A stretch of 61,737 bases of DNA, filler included, from a candidate division TA06 bacterium SM23_40 (GTDB lineage Bacteria; LJUI01; SM1-40): the NCBI GenBank assembly GCA_001303705.1. It is 4 parts of 4 records of this genome, joined end to end, with 100 filler letters (N's around TTAATTAATTAA, not from the genome) between each part and the next. Parts side by side here need not be neighbours in the genome. Positions count along the whole stretch, not along the records: positions 1 to 31,276 come from LJUI01000012.1; positions 31,377 to 41,446 come from LJUI01000088.1; 2 more parts are not named here. One strand, written 5' to 3'. Positions within the stretch are counted from its first letter, which is position 1. Every line of letters begins with the position of its first letter. A program made the position numbers and the translations under genes. Positions 29,174 to 39,023 of the stretch are shown here, piece after piece. The notes under the pieces are model-generated. The model had not been told where the DNA came from. It did no database searches and was given only the letters and a program-made list of their open reading frames with translations.

Positions 29174-31276
29174 TCACGCCGGCTCGAGGCGGGCGTACTT
29201 GAGGAGAACTTTCTTCTCCCGTCCGTCGACGAGGACCATTGTTGCTTTCGCCCGGTCCCCGCTTCCCTCTATCGCCAGGATCTTCCCAAGACCCCACTGG
29301 GGATGACGTACGACAGATCCCACGTGCACATCGATGTCCTCGGTCTCTCTCCCTACCGGATCATGCCCCTCGGGCCAGACGATCAGCTCGGGCGGTATCT
29401 CGTCGATGAACCGCGAGGGCTCACCGTAGGAGATATTCGAACCCCGCCGTCGCCGATATGCATATGCCAGGTACAGCGATCGACATGCCCTGGTCACGGC
29501 GACATAGAAGAGGCGGCGCTCTTCTTCCATCTCTTCCGGGTCGTACAGAGCAGATGAGTGGGGGAAAAGGCCCTCCTCCAGCCCCGTCACGAAGACGGTA
29601 GGAAACTCCAGCCCCTTGGCGTTGTGAGCTGTCATGAGCGTCACCGCATCGGCCGGCTCCTCCCAATCGTCGATCTCGGCTACGAGCGAGGTCTGGGCGA
29701 GGAAGGAATCGAGGCCCGGTTCATCCGATGTGAGGGCGAATTCGACTGCGGCGGCGAGAAGCTCCTCCACGTTCTCCCGTCTCGCGTCGGCCTCCACCGT
29801 CCCCTCCTCCTTCAATGCCTTGAGATATCCGGACTCCTCGAGCACGCGCGCCACTATCTCGCCTACATCGAGCTCGTGACGCACCTCACTCAGGCGGCCG
29901 ATCAACCCGGCGAGATCGACAAGAGCATCTCGCCTTCCGGACGAGATCGTCCTGAGGTCACCGGCCCGGCCTATCGTCTCGAGAAGCGTGATGCCCTCTG
30001 CCCGCGCGAACGCCTCCAGGTCCTGTACCGTCTTCTCGCCGATGCCGCGGCGCGGCACGTTGAGGATACGCCGCAGGCTCTCGGTGTCACGCGGGTTGGA
30101 GATCACTTTCAGATAGGCGAGGACATCCTTCACTTCCTTCCGCTCATAGAAGCGTACTCCCCCCACTATCACATAGGGAAGACCGGCGCGACGCAGGGCA
30201 TCCTCCAGCGCCCGGCTCTGAGCATTCGTCCGATAGAGGACGACAAGCTCGCCGAGCTTGAGCGATGCGCCCCTGGTGAGGCGCTCGATCTCATCCGCCA
30301 CACGGTACCCTTCCTCCTCCTCGTCATCCGCCTCCATGAGGATGATTTCGCTCCCCTCGTCATTGCGCGTCCATAGCTCTTTTCCCTTGCGGCCCCGGTT
30401 GTTGGCCACGACGGACGAGGCAGCTCTCAATATGATCTTCGTGGACCGGTAATTCTCCTCCAGCCGGATTACCGTTGCCTCCGGGAAGTCTCGTTCGAAC
30501 TCGAGGATATTCCGGATGTCAGCACCACGCCACATGTAGATCGACTGGTCATCATCGCCGACGACACAGATGTTCCGGTGCTTTGCCGAGAGGAGACTCG
30601 CCAGCTGGTACTGGGCGTGATTCGTATCCTGATACTCATCGATCAGAACATGTTGGAATCGCTCAGCATATTGTGCACCGATTGCGGGATGGTCGCGCAG
30701 CAGGTGGACAGCGTGGACAATGATATCGTCAAAGTCCATCGCATTTCGTTCGCGCAGTCCTTCCTGGTACGCCTGGTACACCTTCACGACGATGCGCTCG
30801 AACGGCCCCGCCGCGAACTTGAGATACTCCTCGGGAGTGACAAGATCACTCTTCGCGCGGGATATATAGGCGAGTACTGCCCTGGGGGCGTAGCGGGTGG
30901 TCGAGATGTTGAGGGCAGTCATCGTCCGCTTGATCAAGCTGACCTGCTCCCCTTCATCATAGATCGAGAAATTGGACGAGAATCCGAGAGGAGTTCCGTC
31001 ACGCCGCAGCATGCGTGCACACATAGCGTGGAAGGTCCCGATCCAGAGGCCGAGCTCGCGCCGCCCGATGAGCTCACGCACCCTTCCCTTCATCTCCTCT
31101 GCAGCTTTGTTTGTGAAGGTGACGGCAATGATCCGATGCGGCCGTACCCCCATCTCCTTGATCAGGTAGGCAATGCGATGCGTGAGCACCCGGGTCTTCC
31201 CGCTGCCCGCGCCTGCCAATATGAGGAGAGGCCCCCCGTGATGGGCTACGGCCTCCCGCTGCCTCTCGTTCAGTCT
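29174..31276 (-). CDS. pcrA: UvrD/PcrA ATP-dependent DNA helicase (5' end cut at the gap)
   Basis: LNERQREAV..AGAGSGKT, DEYQDTN, VGDDDQSIY, NYRS, AKGLEF, EERRLFYVA. Confidence 0.93.
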   Translation of the reverse strand, partial: RLNERQREAVAHHGGPLLILAGAGSGKTRVLTHRIAYLIKEMGVRPHRIIAVTFTNKAAEEMKGRVRELIGRRELGLWIGTFHAMCARMLRRDGTPLGFSSNFSIYDEGEQVSLIKRTMTALNISTTRYAPRAVLAYISRAKSDLVTPEEYLKFAAGPFERIVVKVYQAYQEGLRERNAMDFDDIIVHAVHLLRDHPAIGAQYAERFQHVLIDEYQDTNHAQYQLASLLSAKHRNICVVGDDDQSIYMWRGADIRNILEFERDFPEATVIRLEENYRSTKIILRAASSVVANNRGRKGKELWTRNDEGSEIILMEADDEEEEGYRVADEIERLTRGASLKLGELVVLYRTNAQSRALEDALRRAGLPYVIVGGVRFYERKEVKDVLAYLKVISNPRDTESLRRILNVPRRGIGEKTVQDLEAFARAEGITLLETIGRAGDLRTISSGRRDALVDLAGLIGRLSEVRHELDVGEIVARVLEESGYLKALKEEGTVEADARRENVEELLAAAVEFALTSDEPGLDSFLAQTSLVAEIDDWEEPADAVTLMTAHNAKGLEFPTVFVTGLEEGLFPHSSALYDPEEMEEERRLFYVAVTRACRSLYLAYAYRRRRGSNISYGEPSRFIDEIPPELIVWPEGHDPVGRETEDIDVHVGSVVRHPQWGLGKILAIEGSGDRAKATMVLVDGREKKVLLKYARLEPA

Positions 31277-31376
31277 NNNNNNNNNNNNNNNNNNNNNNNN
31301 NNNNNNNNNNNNNNNNNNNNTTAATTAATTAANNNNNNNNNNNNNNNNNNNNNNNNNNNNNNNNNNNNNNNNNNNN
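31277..31376. other. Artificial contig linker
   Basis: N run, TTAATTAATTAA six-frame stop, N run. Confidence 0.98.
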
Positions 31377-33134
31377 ATTCTCGTCATGTGACCGGGGAGC
31401 GTAATAGGCCTTGGCCTGGGCGAGGGTGGCACCGATGTGGTAGATGTCCTGGACGAAGAGCATGGCGTAGAACCGCTGGTCGAACCGATCGGAGTACCCG
31501 TATTCCGGATTCCCCGGCGACCCCCAGCCGTAGCGCGAGTTGCCGATGAATGCGACGCCGCCTCCGTTGGGGTTGTTGACGAAGTGCTCGGCGATGCAAT
31601 CGTAGTCGAATGCGGCCGGCCAGCAGCCGATTGAGTAGAGGATGCCGTTGCGGGGATGGTTCGTCAGCGCGTCCATATCGCTCGGGCTGAGCGATCCGCT
31701 CCCCACGCTCATGATCGTTGTGTTTGCATGCCCTGCGTGGTTGGTGACGTTCTGTCCCTCGTTCAGCGCCGCCATCACCGTGGCGTGGCTCTCGTTCCCG
31801 AGCCGTTCATAGAGCTTGGTGATGGGATCGAAATCAGGCGGGACATAGAGGTCGTCGATCAGATCCTTGGCCACTCCGCCGTCGGTGTACGGGTTCGACC
31901 AGAGGATCTCTGCGGCGAAGAGCATGTTGAGCTCGTAGTCGGTAGGTGGGTCTATCTCATAGGTGAGCACTTTGTTGACCCAGGCCTGTGCCTCCGAGAC
32001 CGAGCTCGTTGATGCCCGCCCGACGAAGACGTCCGGGTACAGATCGACCTCGTCGTCGACCTCACCGTAGGTCTGGTTCTGATTCGCATTCCAGGTGCCG
32101 TCGAGGTCGGCATAGTACAGGTCGCACTGGAGATCGTTTTCGTCAGGATAGAATCCGGCCTGGCAATCCATGGCGAACGCGATCCGCGCGGGCACGACGT
32201 TGGTGTCGCCGCCGAGGAGCACCCAGACCGTCGACCAGTTCTGATAGGCGTCGATGATGAAATTGCGGATCCGGTCCTGATTATCGACGCCCTGATAGTT
32301 GCTGTAGATCCAGTCCGTCGTCACGATCTTCGCCGGCGTCCCGGACTTCGTCTTCCAGTCCGCAAGCGGCTGGAAGGCGGAGACATAGGAAGGGCCGGTC
32401 ACGATGACATATTCGTACACGTCCGTCTCGCCCTGCCGCGGAGTGGACCCGGAAGGCGAAGGAGCGCACTCGGCAAGATAGTTCTGGTTATGGACGATGC
32501 GAGCCACTGCCCTCTCATAGATGCGGCTCGCGGTCTCGGTGCGACGGCGCACCTCGCGCGGCGCTCGATCGCTCGCACCATAGTGGATCTCGAGCTCGAT
32601 CTCGGTGTACAGACTGAGCCGCCCGGAGGCCGGCACATAGGAGAGAGGATAGACGAGGATGTCGGCCACCTCATATCCGCCGAGGTATCCGGTTCCTGCA
32701 TGGATGACTACCCTCTCCGGGAAGCCGGCCGTCGATCCGTACACCTCGGGGGCGGGTTCGACGAACGGCGGCGGTTCATGTGACAGTTCGGGCATGGCGA
32801 GGATCGCAGGCGGCTGGGCCGGGAGGATATGATACCTGCCGGGGAGCTCGGTTGAGCTCCTGGCGTTCACCTCGATCCTCTCGATCTCCGTGCCCGGGGG
32901 GAGCGCGAGCTGAACGAGGTCGACCGGGAGCTGCGGAGCCCCCACCTCGCTCATCAGATCCGCATCCCTCAATGTGACGAGGTCGAAGTCTCGACTTCTC
33001 GAGAACTCGAGATCATCGGCCGTGTAGTAGAGCGTGTGGCGCAGTGTGCCCGGGCTGCCGGCAAGGGATCCCCACGCAAGCGCCGCCACCAGTACGACGG
33101 CCATCACTATACCGGTCCTGACATCCGGTCTCAT
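31377..33134 (-). CDS. Gingipain-family (C25) cysteine peptidase with propeptide, 3' truncated
   Basis: Signal peptide, VGAPQLP propeptide, ADWKTKSG, VLLGGD, VFVGR, catalytic NHAGH and SIGC. Confidence 0.88.
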
Positions 33135-33664
33135 CGATCTTCCTCCTCCCATGGCATGCCATGGCATGTAGTGAGTCGTGTGAAGACATTATCTGGCGTG
33201 GGCCAGCCCCCTTCCCATGGAGAGCGAATGCCCGCGCATCGGGTCCTGCCAAGAGCACGGGCTTCGGTCCGCTATTCCATCTAGATCCCACCCTTCAGTC
33301 ACTGGCCCCGCAAACGGTTACATTCCGGCCGGGCCGCCCCGTCTCCGGCAGATGGGCGAGACACAGGGTCGACTACTCGAATGGTGGCTCCCGATCTCCA
33401 TTCGCCGAAGGGGGACGATGTGGCCTCAGCTTCGATATAGCATATCGCAACCAGGGCCAGAAGTCAAGCGATTATGGCGATCGACGGGAAGTGCCTCGGA
33501 GCAAGCCGCCTCGTCTCGGCAGAAGGGGTCGTCCTGCCGGGCTTCTCTGATCTGGGGCACCCTCTGTTCGGAGATTCCCCGACGGAAATGAGTCGGCCAG
33601 TGGGATCGGTCGCCCGCGGGCAGCACAAAGAGGGATAGAGGTCGGCACGGGGCCGGCCGGCAGC

Positions 33665-34057
33665 TCAGAACGAGTAGCGTATCCCGAACTGGTTGATCGG
33701 CTCGGGAATGAAGGTTCCGTGGATACGCTGCACATTCACCTTGAGGCCCCGCCAGATGGGCTTCACGATGCCCGCCTCGAGGTAGTAGTCGAAATCCTCC
33801 TCCGACTGTTGATGGTTGAAGTCGGCGGTGAGCTCGATGTCGAACGACCACCCCAGCTTGATGCTGTTGATTGCGATCACCTGGAGCGTCTGTCCTGCCT
33901 CCTCTCCGTCGTCCAGTACGTTGAGATAGGCCGAGACCTCGTTCACGAGCGGGGTGAACGATACAATCTCGGCCGAAGCGGCGGCGGCGGAGAGGAGAAG
34001 GCCGGCTGTGACACAGGTTGCCCAGGTGACTCGTCTCTGTCCACGGCATTGGACCAT
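33665..34057 (-). CDS. Small exported protein, possible outer-membrane beta-strand protein
   Basis: Signal peptide (AAAASA-E), amphipathic strands, C-terminal GIRYSF. Confidence 0.55.
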   Translation of the reverse strand: MVQCRGQRRVTWATCVTAGLLLSAAAASAEIVSFTPLVNEVSAYLNVLDDGEEAGQTLQVIAINSIKLGWSFDIELTADFNHQQSEEDFDYYLEAGIVKPIWRGLKVNVQRIHGTFIPEPINQFGIRYSF

Positions 34058-34136
34058 TGAACTCGCCCTCCCGATAACGCGAGCGGTACGTGCGTGCCAG
34101 CCTGTCCATCATCCCGCTGGCTGCTCATTGATGAGA

Positions 34137-34574
34137 TCACTGCGCAGGTTCGTAGACCTCCAGCTTGCTCGTCCAGCTCTCTCTCCACTCGATCTTGTCG
34201 ATGATAATTCGCAGAACACAGTACTCCTCCATCTCCGGGCCCTGGGGGAAGTGCTGACTCAGGTCGAAGGTGGCAAGGCTCCAGACCCGCTTCTTCTGCT
34301 TCATATCATTGACTATCTCGCACCTGCCGAGGAGAGTGGCTGCTTTGTCGCCCCTGGGAAGTTCGACGAAAGCGAGACAGATGTTGGGGTTCTTCTTGAT
34401 CTGTCGCACCTTTCTTGATGTGCAGAACGTCGCCACCCAGACCGACATGTCGTCTTCGACGATGGGAGTAACAGGGCGCACTCTCGGCTGGTCTCCATCG
34501 CACGTTGCGAGGTACGCAGGGGATGCGTTCTCTCTCATGATCGTTACGATCGTCTCCTCTGTCGATGGACTCAT
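34137..34574 (-). CDS. Pyridoxamine 5'-phosphate oxidase-like FMN-binding protein
   Basis: YLATCDGDQPRVRP, SRKVRQIKKNP; start inferred at ATG 34574 after GGGAGGGA. Confidence 0.8.
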   Translation of the reverse strand: MSPSTEETIVTIMRENASPAYLATCDGDQPRVRPVTPIVEDDMSVWVATFCTSRKVRQIKKNPNICLAFVELPRGDKAATLLGRCEIVNDMKQKKRVWSLATFDLSQHFPQGPEMEEYCVLRIIIDKIEWRESWTSKLEVYEPAQ

Positions 34575-34972
34575 GATCTTCGTCCCTCCCTTGGTGCAGG
34601 GGATCCGCCGCGAGGTGTGCTCGGGCGGCACGTGCCGGTCGGCGGAACCCGGGCGCCTGCGCCCCAGCTCAGCGACCGTACTCAGTTCCGGAACGTGAGG
34701 TCCGGGAAGTCGTGACATCTTACCACGGGATCGATCCCCGGGCAAATCCTTTGCATCTGGCCGGTGGGGGGTCGGATCTGGCCCGAGAGGGGCCGCGCTC
34801 TTGCCGGCCTCCCGACGAGTCCGTCGGACGGTCTCAAGGCTGGCGAGGCGGCCATTTCACTCGGGCCACAGATCCTGATGTATCGCTGGGACGGCTGCGT
34901 CGTGCCTGGAGATGAGCGGGGATCGTGAACGGGAGCCATCTTGGGACACCGGGCTCATGAGGTCGGGCCCCA

Positions 34973-35001
34973 TTGACAAAGGAAGGTGGATCGGCTAGGG
35001 T
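34973..35001 (+). promoter_or_regulatory. Putative nadE promoter
   Basis: TTGACA-17 nt-TAGGGT. Confidence 0.45.
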
Positions 35002-35064
35002 GGTGCATGCTCGGCAGGTGTGGGCGAGCACCTTCTCTAGACTCACGGAAGGAGGTTCTCTTCG

Positions 35065-36831
35065 ATGAGGATTCTTCGCGTCGCGCTGGCACAGATCAAC
35101 TCGACAGTCGGAGATCTCTCGGGCAACGCCGCGAAGATCGTCGACTATATCGAGCGAGCTCGCGATGTCGGCGCCGATGTCGTTGCGTTCCCGGAGATGG
35201 CACTGAGCGGATATCCCCCGGAAGATCTGTTGCTGAAGCCGCGGTACAGGCGGGACAACCGCGAGTACCTCCAGGAGATCGTGAGACAGACCGGCGGGCT
35301 GGCCGCGGTAGTGGGGTTTGTCGATGGAGATGAGGGTGGATCGATCTACAATGCGGCAGCCGTGGCGAGCGACGGGACACTACACGGGGTGTACCGAAAG
35401 ATGCTCCTCCCCAACTACGGGGTCTTCGACGAGAAGCGCTACTTCTCGCCCGGTTCTGGCTGCCCCGTCTTCGTGATCCGGGGGGTGACGGTGGGCGTCA
35501 ATGTCTGTGAGGATATCTGGGAGTCGTGGGGCCCGACTGCCTGTCAGGCGAGGGACGGGCAGGCCGAGCTGATCATCAACATCAGCGCCTCCCCGTATCA
35601 CGCCGGGAAGTGGCGCGACCGGGAGGAGATGCTGGCCGGCCGTGCGTCGGAAAATCGTGTCTTCGTCGCCTATAATAATATGGTAGGGGGACAGGACGAG
35701 CTCGTTTTCGACGGACATGGCCTCATCCTCGCCCCGGGAGGAGAGCTCATCGCGCGCGGCAGGGCGTTTCAGGAGGACCTTATCGTCGCCGATCTCGACA
35801 TGAGTCAGGTTCAGGAGGCGCGGCAGGGCGAGACCCGGGGAAGAAGGGCGTCCGGACCGCCGCCGGTGAATGCTCCTCCGGCCCAGTGGGAGCTCGAGCG
35901 CATAGAGGTCTCCCCCGGACCGCTCTCTTCCGAGCGCGTCCCCATCCCGCCGCGGGATGTGAAGCCGCCCGAGGTTCTCGAGGAGATATATGAGGCCCTC
36001 GTCCTCGGGGTTCGCGACTACGTCCGCAAGAATGGGTTCGAGACGGTCGTCATCGGCGTCAGCGGGGGGATCGATTCCGCCCTCGTGGCGGCGATCGCTG
36101 CCGACGCCCTGGGTCCGGAGCACGTGAAGGGCGTGGTGATGCCTTCGCCGTATACGAGCGACCGGAGCATGCAGGACGCGGCCCGGCTGATCGACCGTCT
36201 CGAGATATCATCGATGACGGTCGACATCACTTCTACCTACGAGTCGTATCTCTCGATGCTCGAGGGGCCGTTCGCCGGTGCAGCGCCGGACGTGACAGAG
36301 GAGAACATCCAGGCGAGGATCCGCGGGAACATCCTCATGGGTCTATCGAACAAGTTCGGATGGCTCGTCCTGACGACGGGGAACAAGAGCGAGATGGCGG
36401 TCGGATATGCGACGCTGTACGGCGATATGGCGGGCGGGTTCGCCGTGATCAAGGATGTGCCGAAGACGATGGTTTACGAGTTGGCCCGTTATCGCAACGG
36501 GCGATCCGCGGGCGGTCCCGTCATACCCGACACGATCATCAACAAGCCGCCCAGCGCCGAGCTGAAGGACGGGCAGATAGACCAGGATACCCTGCCGCCC
36601 TATGAGATCCTCGATCCTATCCTGAAGGCGTACGTGGAGGAGGACCGGTCGCTGAGCGAGATCGTCGGCATGGGGTACGACGAGGCGACCGTCCGCCGCG
36701 TCATCGCCATGGTCGATCGCGCCGAGTACAAGCGGCGACAGGCACCACCCGGGATCAAGATCACCCCGCGCGCGTTCGGCAAGGACCGGCGCCTGCCGAT
36801 CACCAACTGGTACGGGCGGGAGCGCAGATGA
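35065..36831 (+). CDS. nadE: Glutamine-dependent NAD+ synthetase
   Basis: Nitrilase domain (FPE, YRK, VCEDIW), SGGIDS, ENIQARIRG, TGNKSE, EYKRRQ. Confidence 0.96.
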   Translation: MRILRVALAQINSTVGDLSGNAAKIVDYIERARDVGADVVAFPEMALSGYPPEDLLLKPRYRRDNREYLQEIVRQTGGLAAVVGFVDGDEGGSIYNAAAVASDGTLHGVYRKMLLPNYGVFDEKRYFSPGSGCPVFVIRGVTVGVNVCEDIWESWGPTACQARDGQAELIINISASPYHAGKWRDREEMLAGRASENRVFVAYNNMVGGQDELVFDGHGLILAPGGELIARGRAFQEDLIVADLDMSQVQEARQGETRGRRASGPPPVNAPPAQWELERIEVSPGPLSSERVPIPPRDVKPPEVLEEIYEALVLGVRDYVRKNGFETVVIGVSGGIDSALVAAIAADALGPEHVKGVVMPSPYTSDRSMQDAARLIDRLEISSMTVDITSTYESYLSMLEGPFAGAAPDVTEENIQARIRGNILMGLSNKFGWLVLTTGNKSEMAVGYATLYGDMAGGFAVIKDVPKTMVYELARYRNGRSAGGPVIPDTIINKPPSAELKDGQIDQDTLPPYEILDPILKAYVEEDRSLSEIVGMGYDEATVRRVIAMVDRAEYKRRQAPPGIKITPRAFGKDRRLPITNWYGRERR

Positions 36832-37148
36832 GCGGGGGCCCGGAACGACAGGTGCGCCTCTCGTGAGGACCTGGCTGCTCGCCCTCGAATCGCCCCTCCC
36901 TGACGGGCCGGCCTGTGCGAGTCAGAGCGCGGAGGGCACGGACCGGGGCAAAGGCCACAGACTGAGGCGGAGTCCCGTCTTGTCGAAACAGGGCCGCAGG
37001 TGGACGTCATGGGTACTGTTGCCATTCGCATAGCAACAGTCGACAGGGGCAGCGGAATAGTACGCAGGCCCCCGGCGGCCCCTGGGCCCCAGGGGAGCAG
37101 AGATGTAGCAACAGTTAACCCTTGAGTAGAGACTGTTGCATTTTTCTC

Positions 37149-37177
37149 TTGACAAGTTTTTAGACGTGTGATACAAT
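37149..37177 (+). promoter_or_regulatory. Strong sigma70-type promoter
   Basis: TTGACA-17 nt-TACAAT with TG extension, AT-rich context. Confidence 0.7.
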
Positions 37178-37248
37178 CGCATCTAGAAGTTCGAAGATGT
37201 GATTTGTTGATGTTCGGCGTAGTTCAGGAGGATTAGCAGGCAGAATGA

Positions 37249-37292
37249 GCTGCTGCTGTTCCCGGGACGCGTGAGGGGCGGCAGCAGTTTTG
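37249..37292 (+). terminator. Terminator-like hairpin in the leader
   Basis: GCTGCTGCTGTTCC pairs with GGGGCGGCAGCAGT, followed by a short T tract. Confidence 0.5.
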
Positions 37293-37484
37293 TCACATAT
37301 CGTTACATAGTTCGAGGTTCCCTTTGGGGGTAAGGGAACTCGGCCTAGCTGGTGGGTCGGACAAGCGTCGTTCTTCGTGTGTTAGGGGCCTCGATTGCAG
37401 TAGGAGTCGGGGCCTTTCTGTACTTATTGGGGTCCGACTCGCAAGTGGAACCAACATCGATCGCCGAGGACGTGGAGGAAGGCG

Positions 37485-38903
37485 ATGATTCCATCGAGAA
37501 AAGAGACCGGAGGGAAGACCCGCGAAACAGGCACCGGAGAGCGGAGTGAAATTCTACTCGTCGGCCCTGACGGAGAGGTTGCCTCTCTCCTCGACGGGTT
37601 TGGTGCCGGGCAGCGGGTAGCGATCTCTCTGGAAACGAGCCGGGATCGGGCGCTACAGCGCATGAGGCGAGATCCGCCGGCAGTCGTCCTCATCGGCACG
37701 GACGGGCAGATCGAAGAGAGTCTTCTCTTCGTGCAGCGGGCGAAGGAGGCGGCGCCACAGACCGGGCTCGTTGTCGTTTGCGATCCGACGCAGGTCGGCG
37801 TTGCACTCGAGGCATTGCAGATGGGGGTACACGATCTGCTCATCATGCCCATAGAACGTGAGGAACTGGAGAACGTGATCACGTCTCTGATCTCTCCCGG
37901 AGTCGACATGGGGAACGGGCTCCGTCCGGAGGTGCGGGCGGCGTTCCTCGAGTCGAGTCTTGTCGGTGCATCGAGCGAGATCGCGCAGGTGAAGCGAACG
38001 ATCCACAAGGTCGCGGACTCCGGATTGAGTGTGCTCATCACGGGAGAGAGCGGGACCGGTAAGGAGCTTGTCGCCCGGGCACTTCACGCACTCTCCGGAC
38101 GTGTGAGGGGGCCGTTTGTCAAAGTGAACTGCGCCGCTCTGCCCGATGAGCTTTTGGAGGCGGAGCTCTTCGGATATCAGCGGGGGGCGTTCACGAGTGC
38201 ATACCGCACGAAGCCCGGGAGGTTTGAATACGCCCACGGCGGCACGATTTTCCTCGATGAGATCGGCGAGCTCCCGCTTGGTGTGCAGTCGAAGCTCCTG
38301 CAAGTCCTGGAACAGAGAGAGTTCGTCAGGTTGGGAGGGAAGAGGAGCATCAAGGTAGACGTACGGATCGTGGCGGCAACGAACCGTCCGCTCGCGCAGG
38401 CACTCTCGGAAGGGATGATCCGTGAGGATCTTCTCTATCGAATCAATGAGACGACGATCCACCTCCCGCGGCTCGCAGACAGGGTCGAGGACATTCCGGT
38501 ATTAATGGAACACTTTCTCCGGAAATACAGCCTCGAGTTCGGCAAGGAGATGCGGTCGGTCAGTACAGGGACGATACGGAGCCTTCTGCAGCACGACTGG
38601 CCGGGCAACGTGCGGGAGTTGGAGACATTTATCAAGAAGGTAATCGTCTTCGGAGATGAGGTGGCAGCTATCGGCTCGCTCGACGTGGGGCAGCGAAACA
38701 CGACACCCGATCCCGAACAGGTCTCTTCGACGGCATCCCCGTCGCTGAAGGAGATCGGGATCGAGGCCACACGCCGGGCAGAGCGTCCGGTGATCGTGGA
38801 GGCGCTGAACCGCACCCGATGGAACCGCCGTCAGGCCGCCAAGTTGCTCGGCATCAGCTACGGATGCCTTCTCAATAAGATCAAGAAGTATGAAATCGAG
38901 TGA
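37485..38903 (+). CDS. Sigma54-dependent transcriptional activator (NtrC/Fis family) with degenerate receiver
   Basis: GESGTGKE, VNCAAL, GAFTSA, FLDEIGE, WPGNVREL, C-terminal HTH. Confidence 0.9.
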   Translation: MIPSRKETGGKTRETGTGERSEILLVGPDGEVASLLDGFGAGQRVAISLETSRDRALQRMRRDPPAVVLIGTDGQIEESLLFVQRAKEAAPQTGLVVVCDPTQVGVALEALQMGVHDLLIMPIEREELENVITSLISPGVDMGNGLRPEVRAAFLESSLVGASSEIAQVKRTIHKVADSGLSVLITGESGTGKELVARALHALSGRVRGPFVKVNCAALPDELLEAELFGYQRGAFTSAYRTKPGRFEYAHGGTIFLDEIGELPLGVQSKLLQVLEQREFVRLGGKRSIKVDVRIVAATNRPLAQALSEGMIREDLLYRINETTIHLPRLADRVEDIPVLMEHFLRKYSLEFGKEMRSVSTGTIRSLLQHDWPGNVRELETFIKKVIVFGDEVAAIGSLDVGQRNTTPDPEQVSSTASPSLKEIGIEATRRAERPVIVEALNRTRWNRRQAAKLLGISYGCLLNKIKKYEIE

Positions 38904-39023
38904 TCGACATATCCCATGGGGCGTAAGCCCGTTCGGGAATTGCAGAGATTGTGATGAGTGTGCCCCTGACGGTGGTCCCCGCGGCCATCGGGGCTTCTCC
39001 GACAACAAGGAGGCAACCAGACC

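Noticed and set aside
37352-37549. 65-aa ORF with an N-terminal hydrophobic stretch
   Set aside because: No clear RBS and a 65-nt overlap with the activator gene; possible but unsupported.
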